Positions 20,107-30,150 are shown, numbered from the stretch's first letter. The stretch is DNA of 64,000 bases from an uncultured Candidatus Saccharibacteria bacterium (GCA_964625065.1 CAZUZL010000003.1:1730-65729); one strand, 5' to 3'. Program-made: numbers and translations. The notes: generated from the sequence alone by a model not told the origin.

Positions 20107-20368
20107 TCGGAGGCCGAAGCCACTAATACATATAGTATACACTATGTATTATACAATGCAAGTTTATTTGTGGTTACGAATTATAATTAATATATTCACT
20201 ATAATATTCATACAATAAAGGGTCTACAGTGTGATGTTGCGTTGTTTTCTAGGGTATGATATAATACATGCATCAGGGGGCCTAGGGGGTCCAAAAAGGG
20301 CCCAAAAGGCCTTTTAAAATTGTAAAGAAAATTACAAAAATTTATAAGAATTAAATTAAGATTAAACC

Positions 20369-20542
20369 ATGTTTACCTACATAAAAGACACAAAAAACGA
20401 ACTTAAAAACGTTGTTTGGCCAACTAAAAAACAAGTTATAACTGTAACTATATTAGTTATGGTGTTGTCAGTTGTTATTGCATATTTCCTGGGCGCACTA
20501 GACTATGTTTTTGCCCAAGCACTAGCGTTTATTCTCAATTAA
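20369..20542 (+). CDS. secE: Preprotein translocase subunit SecE (57 aa, not in ORF track)
   Basis: MFTYIKDTKNELKNVVWPTKK..YFLGALD; directly upstream of nusG. Confidence 0.93.
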   Translation: MFTYIKDTKNELKNVVWPTKKQVITVTILVMVLSVVIAYFLGALDYVFAQALAFILN

Positions 20543-20572
20543 TATTAACTTGAAATAATTTAAATTAAATTT

Positions 20573-21118
20573 ATGGCTAAACAAGACACACAAGGCGCAC
20601 GTAAATGGTATGCAATACATACATATTCTGGTTACGAAAACGCAGTGCTTCGAAACTTAAAACAACGTATAGAATCGTTAGGTGTTAGTGACAAAATTTT
20701 TGATGTTGTAGTTCCAACAGAAAAGAAAATAAAAATCAAACATGGTAAACGTGTAGAAGTCGAAGAAAAAATATACCCAGGTTATATTCTAGTAGACATG
20801 ATAGTGGACGACGATTCATGGTTCGTTGTTCGTAACACACCACGTGTTACTGGGTTCGTTGGTTCAGGTGTAAACCCAGTGCCACTTACTGAATCTGAAT
20901 TAGCTTTTCTATTCCGTGGTAAAGACGAAGGTACTCCACGCCACATGATGGACTTAACTGTAGGTGAACTAATTATAATTACCGAAGGCCCATTTAAGGA
21001 CCTAGAAGGTAAAGTAGAAGACATAGACCGCGAACGTGGCAAGGTAAAGGTACTAGTTTCTATGTTCGGACGCGAAACACCAGTTGAACTAGACTTCCTA
21101 CAGATGAGAAAGCTGTAG
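20573..21118 (+). CDS. nusG: Transcription factor NusG
   Basis: WYAIHTYSGYE, VRNTPRVTGFVG, FGRETPVELDF. Confidence 0.97.
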   Translation: MAKQDTQGARKWYAIHTYSGYENAVLRNLKQRIESLGVSDKIFDVVVPTEKKIKIKHGKRVEVEEKIYPGYILVDMIVDDDSWFVVRNTPRVTGFVGSGVNPVPLTESELAFLFRGKDEGTPRHMMDLTVGELIIITEGPFKDLEGKVEDIDRERGKVKVLVSMFGRETPVELDFLQMRKL

Positions 21119-21308
21119 TAACAAGTGTACAGTTTATAGTTTACAGGTTACAGATAGGTAAAATACAAAAGTTAGCCACGCTTGTAATTTTAGTAAATTG
21201 TGATATAGTACACTACGTTACGCACAGCTTCAATTATTATAAATTTAATTTTCAGGATGTTGTTTCCGCTGTACACTGTACACTGTAAACTACAAACTTT
21301 TAATATAT

Positions 21309-21734
21309 ATGGCCGCAAAGAAAATACTTAAAAAAGTAAAACTTCAAATACCTGCAGCAAAAGCTACTCCAGCTCCACCACTTGGACCTGCTCTTGGGCA
21401 AGCTGGTGTTAACATTCAGGACTTTTGTACTAAATTTAACGCCGCTACACAGTCTATGGCAGGTAACATCGTTGGTGTTAAACTAGAAGTTTACGAAGAC
21501 CGTTCATACGATTTCCGTGTAACAACTCCACCAGCTCATGGACTAATACTTAAGGCAGCCGGCCTTGAAAAAGGTTCAGGCAAACCAAATACACAAAAAG
21601 TTGGTAAAATAACAAAGGCTCAAGTTCGCGAAATAGCTGAACTAAAAATGGCCGACCTTAATGCCAAGGACATAGAAGGTGCAATGAAAATTATCGAAGG
21701 TTCTGCACGATCTGCAGGTATCACAGTAGTTTAA
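21309..21734 (+). CDS. rplK: 50S ribosomal protein L11
   Basis: [26 protein letters not shown]. Confidence 0.97.
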   Translation: MAAKKILKKVKLQIPAAKATPAPPLGPALGQAGVNIQDFCTKFNAATQSMAGNIVGVKLEVYEDRSYDFRVTTPPAHGLILKAAGLEKGSGKPNTQKVGKITKAQVREIAELKMADLNAKDIEGAMKIIEGSARSAGITVV

Positions 21735-21837
21735 TACACTTTAAAAAACAAACCCCATAAAAGGGGTTTGTTTTTTTGTAATAAAAAAACCACTACATAA
21801 TTATGTAATGGCTTTGTGATTTTAAAAGTCATGCTTC

Positions 21838-22374
21838 TTAAATAAAATTTTTCCACATCATACTTTCAACCGGATCTTTACCTTGGTCAGCATATTTGGC
21901 ATTTTCTTTTTTATCGTAAGGGTTTATCACAACCCCCTCGATAACATAAAAGATTAATTGACCTATGGGCATACCTGCGTAAATTCGTACAGGCTTTGTG
22001 CTTGAAATTTCAAGCGTCCAGTATCCTTTGAAACCAACGTCTCCCTTGCCGGCCGTTGCGTGTATGTCTATACCAAGTCTACCAGTACTAGATTTACCAT
22101 CGATAAATGGTATGTGGTCGTAGGTCTCGGTATATTCAAGTGTAGAGCCAAGGTATAGGTTACCTGGTCTAAGTACAAAACCTTCCTCTGGTATTTCCCA
22201 AAGTTTAATTTTGTTATGTAGCTTTGCATCTATGACATTGTCTACGTATCCACCTAATTTGTTGCCAAGATGTACATCATAAGAATTACTCCCTAGGTTT
22301 TTTCTATCGAAAGGAGTAATAACAATTCTTTTGTTTTCAATGTTTTCTAGTATTTTACTGTCTGAAATGATCAT
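21838..22374 (-). CDS. dcd: dCTP deaminase
   Basis: SYDVHLG, GKSSTGRLG, HATAGKGDVGF.G.WTLE. Confidence 0.9.
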   Translation of the reverse strand: MIISDSKILENIENKRIVITPFDRKNLGSNSYDVHLGNKLGGYVDNVIDAKLHNKIKLWEIPEEGFVLRPGNLYLGSTLEYTETYDHIPFIDGKSSTGRLGIDIHATAGKGDVGFKGYWTLEISSTKPVRIYAGMPIGQLIFYVIEGVVINPYDKKENAKYADQGKDPVESMMWKNFI

Positions 22375-22479
22375 GGGTTATTGGGTTTAATTTTCTTAAC
22401 TTTACCTATATTTAGAATTTTGTCAACTAAAAAAGCCCTTCCGTTACAGAAGGGCTTTAGCGTTATTAAAATTTAATAT

Positions 22480-23460
22480 TTAAACTGCAACCGGGGCTTT
22501 TATACCAGAATGGCATTGATAGTTGATTAATTCAATGTCATCAAACTCGAAATCAAGAATGTTTTTGGTTTCTCGATTTATTTTAATCGAAGGTAATGCA
22601 AATGGTTCCCTGGAAAGTTGTTTTGCAACTTGGTTCTTGTGATTATTGTAAATGTGTGCGTCGCCAAAAAAATGATTAAATATTTTTGGTTTCCTTCCAG
22701 TAACTTTTGCCAATAGTATCAGTAACAGGGAATCTTGTGCTGTGTTGAAAGGTACACCAAGAAATGTATCGCAACTTCTTTGGTATAAATTCATGTGCAG
22801 TATGCCTTCTTGGTTTGCAAATACTTGGTAAAAACAAGGGCAGGGTGGTAGTAAAGAATTCTTATTCGCATGCGGGTCCCACAGTGTAATTATATTACGG
22901 CGGTCTTCCGGTTTGTTGCGAATTTTTTCAATAGTTTCCATAAGTTGGTCGATGCCCTCACGGTAAATTTCTCCTTCTGGTGTTTTGACTTCACCAAAAC
23001 GACGAAAGTTATGGCCGTATGTTGGACCAAGTTCTCCGAATTCTTTTGCAAAATCATCATCATTAATAATCATTGTTTTGAATTCAGAAATCTTTTCTTT
23101 CCATTTGTCGGTGTAGTCACTTTTTTCATCATCTATAAACATAGGGAATGTACCAGCCAGTCCGGTTTTATCCAGCCATTTTTTAAATGGCCATTCAGTC
23201 CAAATGTTTATGTCTTTTTTTACCAAACTCTGAATGTTTGTTTCTCCGCGGAGTTTCCACATCAATTCCTCGAATGTCCCGCGCATAAACATTTTTTTAG
23301 TTGTTAATAGTGGGTAATTATGTACAACACCGTTGTCGTCCATGTTTAGTTCGCATGTGTATGCATGACCAGGTAATGCCTGCGTACCAACACCGGTTCT
23401 GTCACCAGTAAAGTAACCTTGGTTCTGGATGGTTTGTAGTAAATTTAAATATTGTTTCAT
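22480..23460 (-). CDS. thyA: Thymidylate synthase
   Basis: DRTGVGT, PLLTTKK, LPPC, YQRSCDTFLGVPFN, DAHIYNNH. Confidence 0.95.
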   Translation of the reverse strand: MKQYLNLLQTIQNQGYFTGDRTGVGTQALPGHAYTCELNMDDNGVVHNYPLLTTKKMFMRGTFEELMWKLRGETNIQSLVKKDINIWTEWPFKKWLDKTGLAGTFPMFIDDEKSDYTDKWKEKISEFKTMIINDDDFAKEFGELGPTYGHNFRRFGEVKTPEGEIYREGIDQLMETIEKIRNKPEDRRNIITLWDPHANKNSLLPPCPCFYQVFANQEGILHMNLYQRSCDTFLGVPFNTAQDSLLLILLAKVTGRKPKIFNHFFGDAHIYNNHKNQVAKQLSREPFALPSIKINRETKNILDFEFDDIELINYQCHSGIKAPVAV

Positions 23461-23564
23461 GATAAAGAAGGGTTTAATTTATACGTACTTTACACTCTTT
23501 CTGTTATTTGTCAAACAAAAAACCCGTAACTTAATACGGGTTAATTTTTAGGTTTTTTGTAATT

Positions 23565-24107
23565 TTATTTTTCAGAAAGTCTAATCATTGCAAATATAGC
23601 GTAGTTTGCCATATCCATATAATTTGCTTCCAGTCCTTCTGACACAGCAACAACGCCATTGTTGTCCTCGATCTCTTTTACACGAATTATTTTTTGAATA
23701 ATTAAATCCGTCAAAGAGCTGATTCTAATAATTCGCCAAGCTCCGCCATAGTCGTGGTTTTTCTTCTTCATTAGCTCAAAAATCTCTGTACATATAGAAA
23801 GGTATGCTTTTTCCATATCTTCCTTTAATGTAGTTTCGATTTTTTCTTTTAAACGAAGGCGCATTATTGCCATAATTGCATAGTTGTATATACCAATATA
23901 TTCGCCTGGTATGCTGTCTGCAACTTTTTGTTCTTTCTTTTCCTCTATACTGCGTATTCGTAACGCTTTGATGTATATCTGATCAGTGTGAGAACTTGGT
24001 CGCATACTGGTCCAAGAAGTTCCATAATCTTTGTTTTTATTTTTGAAAACCTCTTGGGCTTGTCCGCATTCATGCAGATATTGTTTTTCTGTATTTTTAG
24101 GTTTCAT
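23565..24107 (-). CDS. DUF1599-family protein (duplicated K-x-x-DYG..W repeats)
   Basis: KNKDYGTSW..RPSS.TDQIYIK and KNHDYGGAWR..RISSLTDLI. Confidence 0.8.
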   Translation of the reverse strand: MKPKNTEKQYLHECGQAQEVFKNKNKDYGTSWTSMRPSSHTDQIYIKALRIRSIEEKKEQKVADSIPGEYIGIYNYAIMAIMRLRLKEKIETTLKEDMEKAYLSICTEIFELMKKKNHDYGGAWRIIRISSLTDLIIQKIIRVKEIEDNNGVVAVSEGLEANYMDMANYAIFAMIRLSEK

Positions 24108-24207
24108 AAAAGAATTGGTTTAATTTATTATACTCTACACCAATATAGAGATTTGTCAAAATAGAAAAAAAGCACCCTACGTTTGGGTAGGGGGCTTGGT
24201 TTTTGGG

Positions 24208-24732
24208 TTATAATATAACCCATGTTTCGAAACGCATAGCGTGCTTGTTTTCAGCATCACTTGCATATTCACGGTAAAGAGTATTTTTAAACTTAGTTTC
24301 GTCGATGGGTGCAAAAAATGCGTCACCATCTACAGTTACTAAAACTCTTGTAATAAATATTGCGTCCACGATGTTTGATTCTAAAGCTTGTTTGTAAATC
24401 TCCGCCCCACCAATAATGTATGTGTGAGATGTAATTTTACGAGCTTCAGACATTGCTTGTTCTAAGCTGTTTACATAAGTTACACCAGAAGTTTTTTCGA
24501 TGTCTTTATTCCTGGTTATAACAATATTATGTCTACCAGGAAGAGGTTTAAACTTCTTAGGTATAGAGTCGAATGTTTTACGACCCATTATAACTACAGG
24601 TGTTTTATTTTCATCAGCATATGATGTTCTTTGTTTAAAATACTCCATATCGCGCGGTAGCCTCCATGGGATTTTGTTTTCAATTCCGATAACTCCGTTA
24701 TCAGAAGCTGCGACTACTAGGTATGTTTCCAT
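24208..24732 (-). CDS. folA: Dihydrofolate reductase
   Basis: GVIG..NKIPW.LP.DM.YF, IMGRKTFDSI, PLPGR.N, IIGGAEIY. Confidence 0.95.
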   Translation of the reverse strand: METYLVVAASDNGVIGIENKIPWRLPRDMEYFKQRTSYADENKTPVVIMGRKTFDSIPKKFKPLPGRHNIVITRNKDIEKTSGVTYVNSLEQAMSEARKITSHTYIIGGAEIYKQALESNIVDAIFITRVLVTVDGDAFFAPIDETKFKNTLYREYASDAENKHAMRFETWVIL

Positions 24733-24928
24733 ATTTAGAATTTTCTTTAAGTGTACATATTTATAGCATAGATGCAAGTTTTGGCGTTTGTTAAAAGTCG
24801 TTGTACGGGCCTGCCGGGTAGTAGACTTGCCTCACTACCCGGCCTGCCCCGTAGTAAAAATCACTAAAATTAAACTAACCACAAAATATGTTTGGTAAAT
24901 TTTTCACTACGGGGTATACTGCCCCTAT

Positions 24929-26659
24929 ATGATACGCGACATAATAACCAGTGCTGTACAGGGTGCCCTAGTTGGGGTGGGTATTTCTGATGCTGTTGTA
25001 CAACTTGAATTTCCAGCCAACAGTGCCCATGGCGACTTTGCTACAAACGTGGCTATGGTGTATGCAAAACAGTTGGGTAAAAACCCAAAAGTTTTTGCTG
25101 AAGAATTAGTTGGCATTTTAAAAACTAATTTGGAAGTTATCCCGCCCCCTGCGAAGGGGGAGGTGGCCGAAGGCCGGAGGGGGTTCATTTCTAATATTAC
25201 TATTGCCGGTCCTGGTTTTATAAACTTTTATGTTGCTGACGAATATTTTATAAAAAACTTGGCGGAAATTTCTGAAAATAAAAACTATGGCAACAGTAGT
25301 ATGTATGCAGGTAAAAAAATACTTGTCGAACATTCTAGTATAAATTTATTTAAACCTTTTCATATTGGTCATGTTATGAACAATGCCATTGGCGAATCTA
25401 TAAGTAGAATTGCTAAGGTCAGTGGGGCAGGTGTAACTGTTATTTCGTACCCATCAGACGTTTCACTTGGTATTGCCAAGGCTGTGTACATAATATTAGA
25501 AGATGGAATAGAAAAATTACAGTCATGTGTAACCGATACTGAAAAACTTGATTATATAGGTACATGCTATGTACGTGGTACAAAAGCATTTGAAGACAAC
25601 CCAGAAACACAAAATAGAATAAAAGAAATTGCAAAACACCTATACGAAAAAACACCTTCACCTGAACTGGATGCATATGAAATAGGTAAAGAAATAAACC
25701 TTACATATTTTAAAAACGTGGCCACACGCCTTGGTTCGCATTTTGATGCATACATATACGAATCTGAAGCAGGTGCTGTTGGTAGAAAAATAGTTATGGA
25801 CAATATTGGCCCAGTGTTTACCCAAAGCGAGGGTGCTGTTGTATACGAAGGCGAAAAAGAAGGTTTACATACACGTGTGTTTATAAACAGCGAAGGTTAC
25901 CCAACATACGAAGCCAAAGACTTGGGCCTATTGTCGTTGAAGTTTGAACGCTACACCCCTGACGTGTCTATATTTATAACCGACCACGAACAAACAGCAT
26001 ATTTTAATGTTGTTAAAAATGCTGCTGGTAAAATAAATAAAGAATGGGAACAAAAAACTGTACACCGTACACACGGACGTATGACATTCAAAGGTCAAAA
26101 AATGTCTTCACGTTTAGGTGGGGTACCTATTGCGTCTGTATTAGTAGACACTATTGTCGAAGAAGTTAAAGAAAAAAACAATACACTGGACGCAGTAACT
26201 TCAGATGCTATTGCTATAGGTGCATTAAAGTTCAGTATATTACGTGCACGTGCAGGTAGTAATGTAGACTTTGACCCAGAAACATCGTTATCGTTCGAAG
26301 GCGACAGTGGTCCGTACCTGCAGTACACAACAGTGCGTGCTAAATCTATATTAGAAAAAGCCAAACAACAAAATATAGTTGGTATGTTAAAAGAACAGGC
26401 GACTGCAAATGAACTTGAAAAACATTTGTCACGTTTTCCGTTTATTGTTGAAAAAAGCATATCTGAATGGGCACCACACTACATAACAGGGTATAGTGTA
26501 GAACTGGCACATTTGTTTAATGCCTGGTATGCAAATACTAAAATTCTTGGCGACGACGCACAACAAACACAACATAATGTTTTTATCACAGACACAGTGG
26601 TTAAAGTCTTAGAAAAAAGTATAAACCTACTGGGTATATCAGTGCCAGAGAAAATGTAA
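24929..26659 (+). CDS. argS: Arginine--tRNA ligase
   Basis: HGDFATN, GPGFINF, FHIGH, KMSSR, GDSGPYLQY. Confidence 0.96.
   Translation: MIRDIITSAVQGALVGVGISDAVVQLEFPANSAHGDFATNVAMVYAKQLGKNPKVFAEELVGILKTNLEVIPPPAKGEVAEGRRGFISNITIAGPGFINFYVADEYFIKNLAEISENKNYGNSSMYAGKKILVEHSSINLFKPFHIGHVMNNAIGESISRIAKVSGAGVTVISYPSDVSLGIAKAVYIILEDGIEKLQSCVTDTEKLDYIGTCYVRGTKAFEDNPETQNRIKEIAKHLYEKTPSPELDAYEIGKEINLTYFKNVATRLGSHFDAYIYESEAGAVGRKIVMDNIGPVFTQSEGAVVYEGEKEGLHTRVFINSEGYPTYEAKDLGLLSLKFERYTPDVSIFITDHEQTAYFNVVKNAAGKINKEWEQKTVHRTHGRMTFKGQKMSSRLGGVPIASVLVDTIVEEVKEKNNTLDAVTSDAIAIGALKFSILRARAGSNVDFDPETSLSFEGDSGPYLQYTTVRAKSILEKAKQQNIVGMLKEQATANELEKHLSRFPFIVEKSISEWAPHYITGYSVELAHLFNAWYANTKILGDDAQQTQHNVFITDTVVKVLEKSINLLGISVPEKM
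25140..25185. repeat. Family A palindrome inserted in frame in argS
   Basis: CCCGCCCCCTGCGAAGGGGGAGGTGGCCGAAGGCCGGAGGGGG encodes PPPAKGEVAEGRRG. Confidence 0.8.
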
Positions 26660-26809
26660 TTTTTGATTTTGCAAAATCATGTCGGGTACTGTCCGTATTT
26701 ACCCGACTCAATCACGTCGCGCCACGTCCTATAAGCGCGACGCAATGTGTTTTTTATACATAATATGTTATAATCTATAGATATTATTAATGTATCTATA
26801 AATTGTCCT

Positions 26810-28696
26810 ATGAAGAAATTTGTTTTAACTATAGTAGCAATTGTTTTGTTTTTTAACTCAACACATGTTTTTGCTGCGTATAATGCGTCCGACGTAATCG
26901 GACAACGAACAGCTGGCGATGCAGCTGCGTTTACAACAAGTAATGCTAACAATGGTGGCAGTGTTGGTGCTCGTGGTTTGGGTTCTGAAGTTCGTTCTAT
27001 AAAACTAGACACTGTAAACCACAGGTTGTTTGTAGCAGATCGTAATAACAACCGCGTACTTGTTTATAATTTAGACTCTAGTAACAACCTTATAGACCAC
27101 GATGCAGACAATGTTATAGGTCAAGCAAGTTTAACTGCAACAGCTGCAGTTGCGTGTACTGCTACCAGTGTGGGTTCGCCTTCAGGTATAGAATACGATT
27201 CTACTAACAACCGTTTGTTTGTTGTTTCAAACCATTCTGGTACAAATTCGCGTGTTATGGTTTTTGACCTTTCAGGGGGCATAACAGACGGTATGGCCGC
27301 TACAAATGTACTAGGTCAAACAAACCTTACTACATGTGTAAGTAGTGTATCTAGAACACAGAAAAACTTGTATTTTCCTTTTGACATGCTGTACGACAAC
27401 ACCAGTGGTTTGTTGTATGTATCTGACCTGTCACACAACCGTGTCATGGCATACGACGCCCGTCCAGGTGTGGCTTCAGGTATGACAGTCTGTGGTGCAA
27501 CAACAACAGGTTTAGTAGACAACATGAACGCTTCATGTGTATTAGGTCAACCAGACTTTATTACAGCAACCAGTGGTAACAGCGACATTAAAATAAACGG
27601 GGCACTTGGGCTGGCTCTAGACAGTACACATAACCGTTTGTATGTTTCAGAATATGCAGGTAATAGAATAAAAGTCTACGACACATCGGTATTATCAAAC
27701 GGTATGGCGGCTTCATATGTAATAGGTCAAACTGGTTTTACAACTGCTACAACAGGCACAACAAGTTCTACATTCAACTGGCCAGGTGGCTTAAGTTACG
27801 ACTCTACAACCGGTTACCTTTATGTTTCTGACGAAAACAACCATCGTGTAATGATATTCGACACCAGTTCTGGTGTTAGTACTGGTATGGCAGCAACATA
27901 TATATTTGGTGCAGACGATTTTACTACAGTAAATTCTACCGTAACCGCAGCAACCATGGGCACAGCACATGGTATAGATTTCGATTCTGCTAATAAACGC
28001 CTTTATGTAGGCGACAGTACAAATGCACGTGTTTTAATTTTCCAACCAACAGTAACACTAGTCGACGGTACACTAACAACTGCTATACAAAACAATTCTT
28101 ATACAGCATCTTTTCCAGTTACAGGAGAACAGCAAACAGTTAGTATGACTTTAACAGGGGGTAGTTTACCAACAGGTTTGTCTTTGTCAGGCAGTAATCT
28201 AACAGGTACAGCAACAACACCGGGTACATATTCGTTTAACGTCAAAGCCACAGATTCAGGTATACATGGTATTTTCGAAACATTGTCTTATGCCTTTAGT
28301 ATGTTAGTTAACCCAAAGGGTTCTGGTATGGTACCTTCTGTATACCCAAAGGGTGTAGCAGGTATGCCGGCATCGTTTAGTGTTGTGGGTACTACAGGGC
28401 ATAGTGCAAAAATACAATGGTCTGATGTAACAGATGTTACTGGTATGAGTTTTTCTACTAATGCAGATTTTATAGGTGGAGGTATAGAAAGTTTTGCTAA
28501 AAATTCTACAGTATTGTTGCCTGGCACAGCAAACACAGGTTTACTATATGGCCGAGTGTATTCGCCAACAGGTAACTATACACAGTACGGCCCTGTAACT
28601 GTAAACTTTTCTAAATCAGTTAAAAAACAGGTTTGTAGTACAGTTTCTAAGAAAAACAGTAAAGGTAAAATGGTAAAAGTAAAAGTTTGTAAATAA
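26810..28696 (+). CDS. Secreted NHL-repeat/beta-propeller surface protein with Ig-like domain
   Basis: Signal peptide; repeated RLFVAD..NNRV units; GSLPTGLSL..TPGTYSF. Confidence 0.8.
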   Translation: MKKFVLTIVAIVLFFNSTHVFAAYNASDVIGQRTAGDAAAFTTSNANNGGSVGARGLGSEVRSIKLDTVNHRLFVADRNNNRVLVYNLDSSNNLIDHDADNVIGQASLTATAAVACTATSVGSPSGIEYDSTNNRLFVVSNHSGTNSRVMVFDLSGGITDGMAATNVLGQTNLTTCVSSVSRTQKNLYFPFDMLYDNTSGLLYVSDLSHNRVMAYDARPGVASGMTVCGATTTGLVDNMNASCVLGQPDFITATSGNSDIKINGALGLALDSTHNRLYVSEYAGNRIKVYDTSVLSNGMAASYVIGQTGFTTATTGTTSSTFNWPGGLSYDSTTGYLYVSDENNHRVMIFDTSSGVSTGMAATYIFGADDFTTVNSTVTAATMGTAHGIDFDSANKRLYVGDSTNARVLIFQPTVTLVDGTLTTAIQNNSYTASFPVTGEQQTVSMTLTGGSLPTGLSLSGSNLTGTATTPGTYSFNVKATDSGIHGIFETLSYAFSMLVNPKGSGMVPSVYPKGVAGMPASFSVVGTTGHSAKIQWSDVTDVTGMSFSTNADFIGGGIESFAKNSTVLLPGTANTGLLYGRVYSPTGNYTQYGPVTVNFSKSVKKQVCSTVSKKNSKGKMVKVKVCK

Positions 28697-28785
28697 AGTA
28701 TTTAAGTATAAACAAAAAACACCAGCTATGGTGTTTTTTGTATTTATGTTGTATAGTTGTGTAAACCAAACAATCTTTTATAATC

Positions 28786-29868
28786 ATGAAAAACTATCTA
28801 TTAAAAATCTCTATTTTAACATTTATTTTACTTGTTTTATCTACAAACAAGGCGTACTCCAGCCCTATTACAATAAGTTCATCAGGGACTTATACAAACA
28901 ACGACGGACTAACTTTAAACTTCTCTTCTTACACAGGCACAGCACTTACTTTCTACGACCTATCAGGTTCTCCTGGTAATATAAACACAACAGATGTTGC
29001 GAATATACCTGGTACAACAGGACTTATTGGTCGGTGGGATCTTTGGAGAATTGAAAATGACTTTTTTAGCTCTGTAAGTCATACTGCTAATTTTACCTTC
29101 ACTTTTTCAAATTATGTAAGTTATGGTAATCCTAAAAGTGGTGGAACTTATTATTTAGTTACCCGAGCTGTGGGTGCACCAAATGGAACGCCATGGTCAG
29201 TTGTTACAGGCTCAACTGTGTCAGGTAATACTGTTACATTTAGTAATGTAAACATACCTTTCGGAGACGACGATTGGACATTAGCAAGTCCGGACACTAA
29301 TTCATCCAACAGTCCTTTGCCTGTTAAATTTATTTCCTTCACTGCTAATGCTGTAGGTAAAGATATTATTTTAAACTGGGCAACTGCTACTGAAAAAAAC
29401 AATGAACTTTTTGAAATAGAGAAGAGCTTGGATGGTACAAACTTTGTACCTATTGGTACCGAAAAAGGTGCCAATAATAGCAATAACATACGGAAGTATT
29501 CCTATGTTGATGCTAGTACGGTTACTTCGAACGTTATCTACTACCGGGTTAAACAGGTAGATTATGACAAAAACAACAGCTACAGTAATGTAGCAGTTGT
29601 GAAGATGTATAACAGTAAAACTGTTATTGCAATTTTTCCAAACCCTGCTAACAACACCATAAATGTTGTATTCACTAGTTTCGAGAAATCTCTTACTACA
29701 ATAACACTATCCGACAATGTTGGTTCTGTTATAAAAAGTTTTGATGTTTCTCCTACAGTAGGGGAAAACAAATATGAAGTAGATATTTCCGAAATACCGA
29801 AAGGTATTTATGTAATAAATTTAATCGTTTCTGGTAACAGGCATGCAATTAGGTTTATTAAGAACTAA
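28786..29868 (+). CDS. Secreted protein with Bacteroidota T9SS type-A-like C-terminal domain
   Basis: PLPVKFISFTA..LNWATATEKNN..FEIEKS.DG; IFPNPA..IPKGIY..RFIKN. Confidence 0.85.
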   Translation: MKNYLLKISILTFILLVLSTNKAYSSPITISSSGTYTNNDGLTLNFSSYTGTALTFYDLSGSPGNINTTDVANIPGTTGLIGRWDLWRIENDFFSSVSHTANFTFTFSNYVSYGNPKSGGTYYLVTRAVGAPNGTPWSVVTGSTVSGNTVTFSNVNIPFGDDDWTLASPDTNSSNSPLPVKFISFTANAVGKDIILNWATATEKNNELFEIEKSLDGTNFVPIGTEKGANNSNNIRKYSYVDASTVTSNVIYYRVKQVDYDKNNSYSNVAVVKMYNSKTVIAIFPNPANNTINVVFTSFEKSLTTITLSDNVGSVIKSFDVSPTVGENKYEVDISEIPKGIYVINLIVSGNRHAIRFIKN

Positions 29869-29967
29869 AAGTCCTATTATTTCATTTTACTGTATGTGAA
29901 TAACTAACCGCAACGTTGATTCGTTGCGGTTTTTCTTTTTTTGTAGTATTGTTTAAGTACAAGTTAT

Positions 29968-30140
29968 AAACGGCCTTTTATAAGGGCATCACCGTTTAGT
30001 CCTGTATAAAAGGGCAGACTTTGGGAAGAACCGGCAACGGCGTAGAACCCATTAATTAAGAAGTAACTAAGGTGGTACCACGAGTAGAAACTCGTCCTTG
30101 GAAGGCAACATTTGTTGTTTTCTGTGGACGAGTTTTTAAT
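29968..30140 (+). promoter_or_regulatory. T-box riboswitch (Ile specifier) upstream of ileS
   Basis: AAGGTGGTACCACG at 30069-30082; ATC at 29988-29990 in a short stem I; AAACTCGTCC..GGACGAGTTT+T terminator. Confidence 0.88.
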
Positions 30141-30150
30141 TTTTAAATAT

